Assembly: GCA_965240325.2 (NCBI GenBank)
Contig: OZ251237.1
Coordinates: 1,673,601 to 1,737,600, forward strand
Length of the DNA stretch: 64,000 nt
Direction of reading: 5' to 3'
Source: Rebecca billardiae RCC1528
Lineage: Eukaryota > Protista > Haptophyta
Part shown: piece by piece, positions 11,579 through 22,885 of the stretch
How positions within the stretch are numbered: position 1 is the stretch's first letter
Layout of the letters: each line of letters begins with the position of its first letter
Notes under the pieces: model-generated
What the model was told of the DNA's origin: nothing
Databases searched by the model: none
The model's input: only the letters and a program-made list of their open reading frames with translations
Made by a program: the position numbers and the translations under genes

Positions 11579-12360
11579 CAGGGTCTCCAACACTAAACTG
11601 GACACTTTGGGCAGCAGCTCAGCGTACGGCCTGTGGCTGCCTCGCGCGGGGTCAGGAGCGGCCAGCTCGGCTCGTGTGCACCCCACTAGGTCTGTCTGCG
11701 ACCGCGCATAGCCGGACAGCCCGCGTGGAGCACCCCTCTGGGTCATGCGGACAGTCGGCACAAGGCTGGTCGTGAGGGCCGTGAAGCAGCCGTGTGGCTT
11801 CTGCGCATGTCTGTAGCCAGCAAGCCCGCTCAAGGCCGCGCAGATATTATTACGTGGCATGGTCGATGACTATGCGGCATGCGCTCGACAGCCCTGGGCA
11901 AGCCCGGACGTAGCGCTACACCAGGAGTATATACGGCCCGATCGGACCAGCCTACCTGTTGCGCACCTCGCTTGCACAGCTGCTGCACAGCCCATCGATC
12001 GGCTCTGGCCGTGCAGGCAAGGGCTACAGTCGGCGCCACTACCCGCAGCGAACGCTGGAGACCCACCAGTGCGCGCACCAACCCGCCCGCCGCCAAATGC
12101 AACCGTGCGCCAGATACGAATTTTAGCAGGCATGCCACCCGCGGGGGCTCCGTGGACCTGTTCAGAGCCAACCGCTAGTCGGTTGAGCTGTACATCCAAG
12201 CCAGCCCTGGCCACACGCTGAGCGCGCCGCTCGCTGCACCCACACCCTGTCGTCATCCGAGGAGTAAGGTCCATGGCGCTCATGTGAGCCTCTGGCCCAT
12301 CTCATCGTTAGCAGCCGTAGTCAGCAAAAATCAATGTCCGACCAATTGTTGGGGACCCTG
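11579..12360 (-). repeat. Family C 782-bp unit, right terminal repeat
   Basis: Direct repeat of 7988-8769; I noticed one difference (CACTAAA vs CATTAAA). Confidence 0.95.
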
Positions 12361-12368
12361 TATATATA

Positions 12369-12689
12369 ACTCACCGGTAGCCCTCATGAGGGCGGGCTGG
12401 CAGCCAGGGTCCGGCTGCCCGAAGGTTTTCCGGTCGTCAAGCTGAGCCAGGCCCGGACAGGGGTGGGCGCGGATCCGCGCAGTAGCCTGGGCACGCGATG
12501 CGCGTCTCTGCGCGCGCTCGCTGGCTGCACCCGCGGCTCGGCGGCCGGCGTGGCTGCTGGGTCACCGCGGCGCTGGTGGCTGCCCCTCCTCTGGGAGTTG
12601 TTTCTCCCTGCCCTCCCACCCGGCTGGTTGCTGGGTGGGCATGGCCTGGGTGCGCGCGGTGTACTCTCATGTGGGTCTACCGAGTGAGT
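12369..12689. mobile_element. ~320-bp MITE (family D)
   Basis: Left end ACTCACCGGTAGCCCTCATGAG vs right-end reverse complement ACTCACTCGGTAGACCCACATGAG; TATA on both sides; interior and right end are homologous to 61519-62464. Confidence 0.75.
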
Positions 12690-12726
12690 TATACAGGCCA
12701 GACGGAGAGAGAGACGAGGGAGATCA

Positions 12727-12728
<2 letters not shown>

Positions 12729-12798
<70 letters not shown>
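12729..12798. repeat. (AG)n microsatellite
   Basis: Direct reading. Confidence 0.95.
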
Positions 12799-12799
<1 letters not shown>

Positions 12800-13056
12800 A
12801 GTATATATAGTAGTAGCAGCATCAGCAGTGATATGATGACGATGATGATATGCTATGATTCTGACGCAGCGGGCGGCTCGATAGCTCGTCGCGTAATCGC
12901 ACACCGTGCGCACACATCGGCGGGCGCCCCCTGTGTCTGCAGCCCAGCCGGCTTGAGCAGCGCCACCGGCGCTGCCATCCCTGCACCAGCATGCTGCTGA
13001 TTCGCGTGCCTGAGCGGCGCCTGCGCGCTGGCCGCCGCACCGCACGGGCCCGTTGC

Positions 13057-14484
13057 TCAGCGGCGCGCACAGCGCAGGGGCGGCAGCTGCACCGCGCGCT
13101 GCGGCATCGGCTGCGCTCCGCCGTCGTCGCCCACACCTAGGCCGAGCGCACCCGAACGCTTGCCGCATGCGTGCACGCCGCCATCCGCCGTGACGTAGAG
13201 AGCGTGACATCGGCCGAGTGAGCAGTCGACCACGCGCGCATGTGCGAGGCCGTCCACCCGCTCGGGCAGCGCGCGATCCTCTCGGTCCCCCAGCCCCAGC
13301 TGGCCGTAGAGGTTGAGCCCAAACGCGTGCACGCTGCCGTCCGCGCACACCACCGCGCTGCTGTGCAGGCCCGCGCTGGCGCGCACGACCCGCACGCCCA
13401 TCAGTGCTTCGATGCGCGTGGGCACCAAACGACGCGTCTGGTCGCCCTGACCATGCTCGCCATAACAACTACCGCCTCCGAAGGAGTGCACGCCGCCCGC
13501 TGCGTCCACCACCAGGCTGTGGAACTCGCCCGCGCTCACGTGCACGGCGTGCACGCCCACGAGCGCCTTGATGCGCCGCGGCGTGCCCTTGTGCTGCTGG
13601 TTACCGTGGCCAAGGCGGCCGTCCTTGGCCTTCCCGCACGAGTACACGGCGCCGCACGCCGAGAGCAGCAGCGTGTGCGCCCAGCCCGCGGCCACGCCGC
13701 CCACGCGCACGCCATGCAGGGCCTGGATGCGGGTCGGCTCCAGCCGGTGCTTCCTGTCGCCGTGGCCGAGCTGGCCATCGCCGTTGTCGCCCCAGCTGTA
13801 CGCCGCGCCCGCCGCCGTCAGCGCGAGGCTGTGGTCGGCGCTAGCGCAAATGCCGACGACGAGCTCCGCGCCCAGCGCCGCCACCCGCACGAACGCCCGT
13901 CGCTCAGCCTTGTCGCCCACGCCCAGCTGGCCGTACCGGTTGTGGCCGCACGCGTACACCGCGCCCGCCTCGCTCAGCGCGAGCAGGTGCTTGATGCCGG
14001 CAGCCACCGCGCGCACGTGCACCGCCTCGAGCGAGGCCACGCGCGTCGGCACGAGCACGCGCGTCTGCCCGCTGAGCTCGGGGTGGCCCAGCGGTGCGCC
14101 GCACGTGTGCACGCCGCCGTCCGCGTCGACAAACGCGCTGAACGCGTCGTCATACGATCCACCGGAGGCTGCACTGTGCGTGTGCTCGTGCGCGAGCTCG
14201 AGCATACGCTCGCGCGCGAGCAGCTCCTCCGCCCACGTGGACACGCCCGCCGGCAGAGTGGCTGGCAGCGCGGCCTCATGCCCGCGCGCGCGCGCGCGCT
14301 CGCGCAGCGCGTGCTCGAGCGGCGCGCCGCTGAAGAGGCGCGCGGCGGCGTTGGCGGCGGCGAGGTCGCGCGTGCCATCGAGGTGCACGATGATGCGCGC
14401 GACGAGCTCGGGCGGCACGTCGGTCAGCCGCACGGCAGCCGCTGCCGAGCGCGCCTTGGCGCGCGCGCGCGTCGTCGGCGCCAT
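13057..14484 (-). CDS. F-box-like + RCC1-repeat beta-propeller protein, paralog 1
   Basis: LTDVPPELVARIIVHL..DL F-box-like motif; repeated VYxxGxNxxGQLGxGD...P and xAGxxHxLxL RCC1 blades; intronless. Confidence 0.9.
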   Translation of the reverse strand: MAPTTRARAKARSAAAAVRLTDVPPELVARIIVHLDGTRDLAAANAAARLFSGAPLEHALRERARARGHEAALPATLPAGVSTWAEELLARERMLELAHEHTHSAASGGSYDDAFSAFVDADGGVHTCGAPLGHPELSGQTRVLVPTRVASLEAVHVRAVAAGIKHLLALSEAGAVYACGHNRYGQLGVGDKAERRAFVRVAALGAELVVGICASADHSLALTAAGAAYSWGDNGDGQLGHGDRKHRLEPTRIQALHGVRVGGVAAGWAHTLLLSACGAVYSCGKAKDGRLGHGNQQHKGTPRRIKALVGVHAVHVSAGEFHSLVVDAAGGVHSFGGGSCYGEHGQGDQTRRLVPTRIEALMGVRVVRASAGLHSSAVVCADGSVHAFGLNLYGQLGLGDREDRALPERVDGLAHARVVDCSLGRCHALYVTADGGVHACGKRSGALGLGVGDDGGAQPMPQRAVQLPPLRCARR

Positions 14485-14606
14485 GCTGCGCGAACCCGTC
14501 GTCGTTTTGTGGCGGCGACGAAAAAAGCAGCCGCTATTAAAATCGGCGGGGTGCACGATGGAGTGAGGCCCAGTTACGATACGCTCAGGACCTCCAGGCT
14601 GGCGAC

Positions 14607-15246
14607 ATGCGCTTTAGCGTCTCTCTGACCAACACCTCGAACGAGACGCTGACGAAAGCCGACGAGGGCAACGAGTGCAACGTCGACCCCGGGGGCCCGG
14701 TCGAAACCTTCTTCCCGGATGTGCTCATACCGCACAGCACCGATCGCAACACGGTCTTCTATCTCAACGACGGCAGCGCCAAAAGCATCGATTGCCACTA
14801 CGCGTACAAGACGGAGGTGCGCGCGCCGCGCCGCGCCGGGTGCTGTCGGGGCCGCGATGCCGTCGCGGTGCGGTGAGTCCACACCCGTGTCGCCGCCTCA
14901 CCGCCGGCTGCGCACCCCCTCGGTCGCCTCCCTGCGCCTGCTTGCCCCCCCCCCCCCCCCCCTCCCTTGCCTCTCGACGCAGGAGGGCTGCACCGTCACC
15001 GGCGCCGTGTTCGAAAACAACAGCAACCTGATCCGCACGGATGCCGACGGCACCTGCGGCATGCCGGTCCGCGCATACAACATGAACGATACCTCCTTGA
15101 ACCAATTGTCCGCGTGGATCCTCCTTGGCGGCCCTCTCCGTTGAGCAGCCCTGCAGGCGACCTCTGCCGTGAAGGAGGTGTACGTGGACGACCCGCAGGC
15201 CTCCCCCGACGGCGCCATGGACCTGTGGGTCGGCCCCGGCGCCTGA
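14607..15246 (+). CDS. Small spliced gene of unknown function (intron 14817-14982); first stop at 15142-15144 with an in-frame coding-like continuation to 15246; may be a fragment or pseudogene
   Basis: High-GC3 codons; GTGCGC..CGCAG intron joins YKTE|EGCTVTG in phase 0. Confidence 0.55.
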
Positions 15247-16417
15247 CTGAGCAGCCCTGCACGGCATGATGGCGATACTGGAGTATGCTATGATGGCTGA
15301 TGATGGCTGTGCGTGCACGGCGCGATCGACCGATCGTGGCCTGGGCCTGGCCCGCCTGGCGGGAGCCTGGCGGCCAGTGTCGTGCGCGCTCTGTCGTCGT
15401 GCTCTGGTGCCAGTAGCCCGAGTAGGTATAGTAGGTACGCGCGTCGCGCGGCGGCAGTAGCCTTAACTACGTGACTACTCCGCCGCCGGTGAGCCCTACT
15501 GGCAGTACTGCTGGTTATACGGCCGGTAGTATAGCCTGGTCGTATATTATATAAAATAACAGCGGGGGCCTAGCGGCCTTTTCCCGGCGGGGCTGGTCGA
15601 ACACAGCGCGTCTAGGACGCGACGGAGAAGCTTGCCAGGGCCGGCAGACCCGACGACGATGGGACGAGTTGGCCGTTCAGCGCTGACTAACGGTATCATC
15701 CGGGCTGCCGCGTCTTCTGCGCGTCGCGCGTGCGATTTAGCCATTAGCCAGGCCCACCGAGGCGCCAGCGAGGCGCGCGTCGATGCAGTCGTCGCTGCGC
15801 ACGGCCGCTCGGGCACGGCGGCACGGCAACGGCACGCACCGATCACGCCGTGCGTGCGCGCGTCGGCCATCGACGCGTGGTAGTCGTGCAGCAACTGCAG
15901 CTCCGTGGGGTTTTCCGCACGTCGTGCGCGCTGCTGCCGCCGGACGCCCAGATGGCGCGCGACCGCGTCGGTCGCGGCGGCCTCGCGCTCCGCCTCCTCA
16001 TCTGCACGACACACGCCGCGTACACCACGAACAAATCGTTCTCGTGCACGACCTCGCCAGCCGACGCGTCCATGTCGAGCACGGCGGTGAAGACACTCTC
16101 GTCGGGCCCTCCTCGAGGCGGGAGTTTGGGGAAGGGCGTAAGGCGGTACTGGGTAGGGGGTACCGTAAGTAAGATCGCCGCCAGATTTATGGGAATCGCA
16201 ACGACATCCCTATGAGGCGCGCTCAAAAAGGTAACGACATGCGTTCTCGATTCCCGAGGCGTGCCTAATCAAAAAACGTTTCAGGCCCCATTATGTTCGT
16301 ATTCCTACTCCGGTATTACTCTCCCCATCAGTATTGGACACCAATTAAAGGGGGTCGGAGCTGGGTCTCCCAGGGCTTTGTCACGAATTAAAATTGTTTA
16401 AAGCTGTGTTCACCAGA

Positions 16418-16500
16418 ATATATATTATATATATATATTACTATATATATATAATATATATAATAACAATATATTGATCTATGCGCCCTCGGAGTAGTAG

Positions 16501-16549
<49 letters not shown>
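16418..16549. repeat. AT-rich / (TA)n microsatellite region
   Basis: Direct reading. Confidence 0.9.
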
Positions 16550-16550
<1 letters not shown>

Positions 16551-17077
16551 TGACATGCAGTATGGTACGCTGCCTGATCATCAGGCCGCCCGCCCCAGTG
16601 ACAGTCATGCCTGCTCCAGCCTGGCACCGCTTCGGGCACTGCGGCCGTCGGCTTCGGGAGTCGTTCTTTCTGCTGCGATGAATCGCTGCCGCCACTTCCA
16701 GTTCCAGGCCGCGGAGGGAATGTCGAAGGGCATTCAAGCCCACGGCGTGAACGCCGCACCGCGCGCCACGCACAGTGCGAGCTCGAGCTCGGGCCGGCGG
16801 CTCTGAGCGAGCGAGCTGCTCTGGCACCGCCCGTGCTGCAGCTGACTGAACACGAGCCTCAGCGGCGACTCCGCCTTGCTCCGCTCGGGCTGTGCGCGAA
16901 CGGAGCCCGTGCACTGCACGTACACCGAGGCACTCTGGTCGATGACCTCGTCAGTGGCTGGCGCCTGGCGGAGCAGCCCATCGCAGCCCATTTGGCGTGC
17001 GGAAGGCGGCGGTGAGCACTCACACACCGCGCACTCACAAGCCTGCGCGACCAGCGCAACCGCCACTGGCCGTGCGC

Positions 17078-18496
17078 TCAGCGCGGCCCACAGCGCAGGG
17101 GCGGCACCTGCACCACGCGCTGCGGCATCGGCTGCACTTCGCCACTGTTGCCCACGCCCAGGCCGAGAGCGCCCGAATGCGTGCCGCACGCGTGCACACC
17201 GCCGTCCGCCGTGACGTAGAGGGCGTGCTCGTAACCAAGTGAGCAGTCGAGCACGCGCGCATGCGCGAGGCCCTCCACCCGCTCGGGCAGCATGCTAGCC
17301 ATTCGGTCCCCCAGCCCCAGCTGGCCCAAGTAGTTGCTCCCAAACGCGTGCACGCTGCCGTCCGCGCACACCACCGCGCTGGTGAATAGGCCCGCGCTGG
17401 CGCGCACGGCACGCATGCCGCCCAGCGCTTCGATGCGCGTGGGCACCAATCGACTCGCCTGGTCACCGTGGCCGAGCTCGCCACCACTACCGCCTCCGAA
17501 GGAGTGCACGCCGCCCGCTGCGTCCACCACCAGGTTGTGGTAGCGGCCAGCGCTCACGTGCACGGCGCGCACGCCTGCGAGCGCAGCGATGCGCCGCGGC
17601 GTGCGCTGTGCCTGCTCGTCACCATGCCCAAGGCGACCATCAATGGCAGTCCCGCACGAGTACACGGCGCCGCACGCCGAGAGCAGCAGCGTGTGCCCCC
17701 AGCTCGCGGCCACGCCGCCCACGCGCACGCCGTCCAGCGCCTCGATGCGCGTCGGCTCCAGCCGGCGCTCCGTGTCGCCGTGGCCGAGCTGGCCCATATC
17801 GTTGATGCCCCAGCTGTACGCCGAGCCAGCGGTCGTGAGCGCCAGGCTGAGGGCAAGGCCAGCGCCGATGCCGACGACGAGCCCCGCACCCAGCGCCGCC
17901 ACCTGCACGAACGCCCGTGGCGCAGCCGTGTCGCCCACGCCCAGCTGGCCGTACTCGTTGCAGCCGCACGCGTACACGGCGCCCGCCTCACTCAGCGCGA
18001 GCAGGTGATTGTAGCCGGCAGCCACTGCACGCACGCGCACCGCCTCGAGCGAGCCCACGCGCGTCGGCACGAGCACCCGCGCCTGCCTGCTGAGCTCGGG
18101 ATGGCCCAGCGGTGCGCCGCACGTGTGCACGCCGCCGTCCGCGTCGACAAAAGCGCTGAACTCGTCGAAATACATTCCACCGGAGGCTGCAATGCGCGTG
18201 TGCGCGTGCGCGAGCTCGAGCACACGCTCGCGCGCGAGCAGCTCCTCCGTCCACGTGGACACGCCAACGGGCAGGCTCGCCGGCAGCGCGGCCTCGTGCC
18301 CGCACGCGCGCGCGCGCTCGCGCAGCGCGTGCTCGAGCGGCGTGCCGCGGAAGAAGCGCGCGGCGGCGTTGGCGGCGGCGAGGTCGCGCGTGCCACCGAG
18401 GTGGACGAGGATGCGCGCGACCAGCTCGGGCGGCACGTCGGTCAGCCGCGCGCACGCCGGTGGCATCGTCGTCGAGGCGGCCGACGCAAACGGCAT
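17078..18496 (-). CDS. F-box-like + RCC1-repeat protein, paralog 2
   Basis: Same architecture; highly similar to paralogs 1, 3 and 4. Confidence 0.9.
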   Translation of the reverse strand: MPFASAASTTMPPACARLTDVPPELVARILVHLGGTRDLAAANAAARFFRGTPLEHALRERARACGHEAALPASLPVGVSTWTEELLARERVLELAHAHTRIAASGGMYFDEFSAFVDADGGVHTCGAPLGHPELSRQARVLVPTRVGSLEAVRVRAVAAGYNHLLALSEAGAVYACGCNEYGQLGVGDTAAPRAFVQVAALGAGLVVGIGAGLALSLALTTAGSAYSWGINDMGQLGHGDTERRLEPTRIEALDGVRVGGVAASWGHTLLLSACGAVYSCGTAIDGRLGHGDEQAQRTPRRIAALAGVRAVHVSAGRYHNLVVDAAGGVHSFGGGSGGELGHGDQASRLVPTRIEALGGMRAVRASAGLFTSAVVCADGSVHAFGSNYLGQLGLGDRMASMLPERVEGLAHARVLDCSLGYEHALYVTADGGVHACGTHSGALGLGVGNSGEVQPMPQRVVQVPPLRCGPR

Positions 18497-18738
18497 GACG
18501 GTTGGCGCGCGAAAAGATTATTAAAGAGGGTCCGGGGTATTTGATGGTCCTTTCAATGGTCCGGCCATCCGGGCTGATTTATTCCGCGCACGCCTTATTT
18601 TATTTTAGTATATTATTCTTTTCTGCTGCGTTTCTTTGCGTGCTCGCGCGATCTCACTACAGATCAGCATCAGATACTTGAATCCGACGACGCGCGTTCA
18701 TCGGTGAGTGTGATGTATTCAGTATTGCTGCTGATGAA

Positions 18739-18870
18739 GTTGTCCCGCGGTGCCGTGCGTCACAGCCCGGAGAGTAGCGCGGCGTGCTCGCGCAGCGCGG
18801 GCTCGAGCCGGCGCGCGGCAGCAGCGATGTGCGGCACCCACGCGAGCAGCTCGAACGCGCCCTCCTCGCC
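18739..18870 (-). pseudogene. Inverted duplicate of the 3' end of the 22886-26877 gene
   Basis: Reverse complement matches about 26767-26901 (EEGAFELLAWVPHIAAAARRLEPALREHAALLSGL*). Confidence 0.85.
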
Positions 18871-19106
18871 GCCGATCGCCTCCGCAGGCTAGCACTGCGG
18901 GCCAGTTGCGGGTTGGGTGGGGAGACGGGGCTTGGGGCAGGTGCGCCCTGGGTGCCACTGCGTGCCAGTCTGAGCGGAAGGGCCTCGGACGCCTCGGTCA
19001 GCCGCCAGACAGCAGCGGCAGTGCCACGCCGTGCCACACCGCCGTCGTCTGGAGTCGTGCGGCCGCGGCACGTGCGCCCGCGCGCGCACGGCCCGCGCGG
19101 GTGTGC

Positions 19107-22100
19107 TCACGCGCCCATCTGCGCGCGCACGCTGACCAGCCGGTAGCTCTGCGCCGCGCCCAGCCGGTGCTGCGCGCCCACCAGCCCGGCGAGGGCGAGC
19201 AGCGCGTCCGCGCGCGCCTCGAGCCGCGCGCGCTCGGCGCCGGCGCCGCCCGCGCGCGCGTGCAGCGCGCGCACGCACTCCATGGCGCGCGCGAGCAGCG
19301 GCGGCAGCAGCCGCTGCGCCGCGGGCGCCATCGCGCCGACCGCGCGCGCGCACGCGTCCACCTCCGCCGCCTGCGCGCGCGGGGGGCGGGGGGCACGGGG
19401 CGGGCGGGCGCGTGGGCGGTCTGCGCGCGGCTGCCGCAGCGGCCGCGCCGTGCGCGCGCGCAGCCCGCCGCGCGCACCGTGTGTGGCAGCAGCCGGATGT
19501 CGTCGGCGGCGGCGAGCGCGGCCGCGGCGTCGCCCGCGGCCGCGCGCTCGAAGGCGCGCGCCATCGCCAGCAGGCTGCCGAGCGAGCGCGCGGCGGGCGC
19601 GGCGTCTGCGGGCAGCGCGGCCGCGCGCCGTGCGCACGCGTCGTGCACGTCGCGCGCGTCCGCGATGGCAGCCGCCGCCGCGGGGTGCAGCGCGCCGCCG
19701 CCGCCGCCGAGTGCGCACGGCGCCTCCGGCATGGCGAGCAGCGCGTCCGCCAGCGCGGCCGCGCTCAGCGACAGCGCGCGCGCGGGCTCAGCCGCGCCGA
19801 GCAGCAGGTGCGCCTGCGCGGCAGCGGGGGCGGGGGCGGCGGGGCAGCGCGCGCAGCAGCGCGGCAGCGGCAGGGGCGCGTGAGGCGCCGTGCGCACAGC
19901 CCGCCACGCCGCATATGCCGCATCGCGCGTGGCCCCGGCAGCGCGCGCGCGCCCCCTTCCGCGCTTGTGCGCGCGCACCGCCTCCGCCCAGCCGCCCGTC
20001 GCCTCGAGCCGCGCGGCCGCGCGCACGGCCAGCGCCCTGCGCCCGGGCTGCCCCACAAAGCCGAGGTCGTCCGCAGCGGCGCGCTGCGCGCTCGGGCCGC
20101 CAAACGAGCGCGGCGCCGGCTGCGTGAGCAGCTCCTGCAAGGGCGCGGGCGGGGTGGCGCGGGGCGGCGGCGTGCGTGCGTGCGCGCGTGAGTCGCGGTG
20201 GCGGTGCGGTGGCGTGCGCCGCGCTGCGCCGCGCTGCGCCGCGCCGCGCGTGCGCACACCCTGGCTCGGCCCGACTCGACGAGGATGGCCGCTGCGGCGT
20301 CGAGGCGCGCGTCGTCGTGCGCGGCCAGCGGCGCGAGCAGCCACGCGTACCGCACGGCCGCGCCCACCGACTCGGCCGCCAGCGCGCGCGCGTGCGCCTG
20401 AGGGGCGGCGCGGTGCACGGCAGCGGTGGCGCGCGTGAGCCGGCGCGGCGCGGCGCGGGCTTCGCGGCGGCGGCGGTGCGCGCGGTGGTGCGCGCGCGCT
20501 CTGGGCCGCACCTCGAGCATTGGAGCAAGCCGCACGGCCACGCGCCCGCGCGCGTCCACCGCCAGCGGCGCCGCGAACGGCTGCGCGGGCTGCGAGTGCG
20601 CGCCCCCCCAGCCCTCCCCTGCGCTGGTTGGCGCGTGCGGCGCCTGCGTGGCGAGCAGCCCGTGCGAGGCGAGGGCGATGGCGACGTGCAGCCCGTCCAC
20701 GCGCGTGGCGTGCGAGGCGACGAGGTGCGCCACCGCCCCCTCGAGCTGCAGCGACGCCAGCAGCACCGAGGCGTACAGCAGGTCGGACGAGCCGCCGCCG
20801 CCCCCCTGGCCGGCGCCGTGCTCGGTGCCGGGGCCGTGCTCGGTGGCGCCAAAGTGCTTCGGGCCGTACGTGTGCGAGAGCAGCTCCTGCAGCGCCCACA
20901 GCGCGGCGAAGCGCGCGCCCGGCGCGTCCGCGCCCGCCCCGCCGGGCGCGGCGCGCGCGTCCGCGTCCGCCGCCGCCACGGCCAGCTTGTGCCACGTGTA
21001 GTCCTCGACCGTCTGCAGGGAGAGCCGGCACGCGGCGCGCGGCGCGACCGCAGCGGCCGCGTTGTACACGAGGGTGCACCACTCGAGCAGCTGCGGCGCG
21101 GAGGCGCCGGCGGCGTCGGGCGCGGCGGCGGCGCCGCCCGCCGCGCCGCCGTCGCCGCCCGCCGCCGCGTGCGCCCAGTGCGCCGCCCACTCCTGCCGGC
21201 ACGCCGCCACCAGCTCGGCCGAAGCGCAGCCCTCCGCGTCGTCCGCGCGCGCGCGCAGCGCGCGCGCGAGCGCGTCCGTGCGGCCGGCGAGGAGGCGGGA
21301 GGCGGCGCGCGCGGCGTCGAGCGCGCGCGACGCCGCGCCCAGCTCTGCCGCGCGCGCACACGTGTACAGCATGCCCCACAGCTGCGCGGGGCCCGCGCCC
21401 CCGCCGAGGTGGACCAGCTCGGCGCACGGCGCCGCGGACGGCTGCGCGCCGGACGCGCCGAGCGTGCTCGCGCGCACGTACGCCGCGGCGGTGTGCTCGA
21501 AGCCGCCGCGCCCGCCGCGCGCGCCGTCGGCCGGCGCCGCCGCCACGCGCGCGTGCGCGACCGCCTGCGCGCCGGCGCGCGCGGCCGGCGAGGGCGGGCG
21601 CGCGGCGCGCGTGAGCGGTGCGCGCGTACACGGGCGCGCGCGCGGAGGGGCGCGCGCGCGAGGGCGCGAGGCGTCGCGCGCACCCGGAACTGCGCGCCGA
21701 GGTGCGCGAGCGAGCCGCCGAGCAGCGCGCGCACGAGCCGCGGCTCGCGCGCGCGCCACGGCCCCTCCGCGCCCGGCCTCGGCGCGGGCAGCGCGCCGCC
21801 GCGCGCCGCGCCGTGCGCCGCTCGCACGAGCGCCTCGACCAGCGCCCACACGTACTCAGAGAGGCGGCGCAACGGCTCGGCGTGCGCGCCGCCGGGCGTG
21901 TGCGCGCGCAGCGCGGCGGGCACGCGCGCGAGCTCGCTCACCAGCGCGGGCTGCGACGCCGACGGCGCGGCGGGCGGCGGCGGCTGCGCGCCCGGCGCTG
22001 CGCCAAACACGGCGCGCGCGTACGCAGCGGCCTTGGCGTCGCGCAGCGCGCCCGCGGCGGCGGCGGCGGCGGCGTCGGCGGCGTCGTCGGGCGGGGGCGC

Positions 22101-22762
22101 GAGCGCGGTGCTCGCGCCGCGCGCCGCCGCGCCGCCGCCGCGCGCGTCCGCCGGCCCCGCCCAGCCGCCCGCCGGGTGCGCGAGCGAGGCGAGAGCGCGC
22201 GCATTGTCCGCCGCCCAGCGCGCCTGCCACGCGCCGAGCGACGAGGCGGCGAAGGCGCCGAGCGTGTGCGCGCGCGCGCCGTCGATCGCGGCGCACACCG
22301 CGCGCTCGCGCTGGCTCTGCGCGCGAGCGTGCGCGCGCGCGCGAGGGAGAGAGGCGAGGCGAGGCGCGGCGCGCGTGAGCGGCGACGCGCGCGCGCGCGG
22401 CGCGAGCAGCGCGCCGGCGCAAGCACCTGCAGCCAGGCGTCGAGGTCGAGGCCGTCGGCCGCGCCCGGGCCGAGCGATTCGGCCCGCCCGTCGTCGCGCG
22501 GCGCCGCGCGCCCGTCGCGCGCACGCAGCACGTCGTCCACGTCGAGCGCGCTCGCGTCGACGCCGCGCTTGGCGAGGAACGCCTGGCCCGCCGAGCGCTC
22601 CGCGTCGGCGGCGGGCGCGGTGCGCGCGCCGAGCGCGGCGGTCTGCTGGCGGATCTGCGCGAGGTCGCGCGACACGGGCCCGAAGCCCGCGCCGTCCGCG
22701 TCCGCGCGCGCGGCGAGGCGCTGCGAGCCGCGCAGCAGCTCGGAGAGCGACGCGGCCTCCAT
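19107..22762 (-). CDS. NUP93: Nucleoporin Nup93/Nic96, multi-exon
   Basis: N-terminus LSELLRGSQRL..PVSRDLAQI..AFLAKRGVD..DLDAWLQ..AVCAAID; LWGMLYTCARA; TVEDYTWHKL; YGPKHF; LYASVLLASLQLEGAVAHL; DGLHVAIAL..HGLL. These match my recollection of Nup93/Nic96 blocks. Confidence 0.85.
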
Positions 22763-22885
22763 CGACACGAGCGGCTTGGCAGCGCGGCCGAGCCGAGGCC
22801 GAGGCCGAGGCGCTCTGCGCTGTGAGACATACAGCCGGACTTGCACTTGCCCGGCCGGTGGGCCGGCCCCGGACTGCATCGCGCG

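Larger units (their letters stand above)
7988..12360 (-). mobile_element. 4373-bp composite/LTR-like Tc1/mariner element: two direct 782-bp family C units flanking a transposase and a tandem repeat
   Basis: Units at 7988-8769 and 11579-12360; TA only at the outer ends; inner junctions are CTG|TG and TT|CAG; the internal segment shows no TIRs of its own. Confidence 0.75.

Noticed and set aside
7988-12360. LTR retrotransposon, or Fanzor-carrying element
   Set aside because: The repeats end CAG..CTG with TA sites rather than TG..CA; no gag, RT or PBS; no RuvC-like ORF in the interior.
15547-17000. Coding-like fragments on the minus strand
   Set aside because: Interrupted by stops and frame changes, with no recognisable family.
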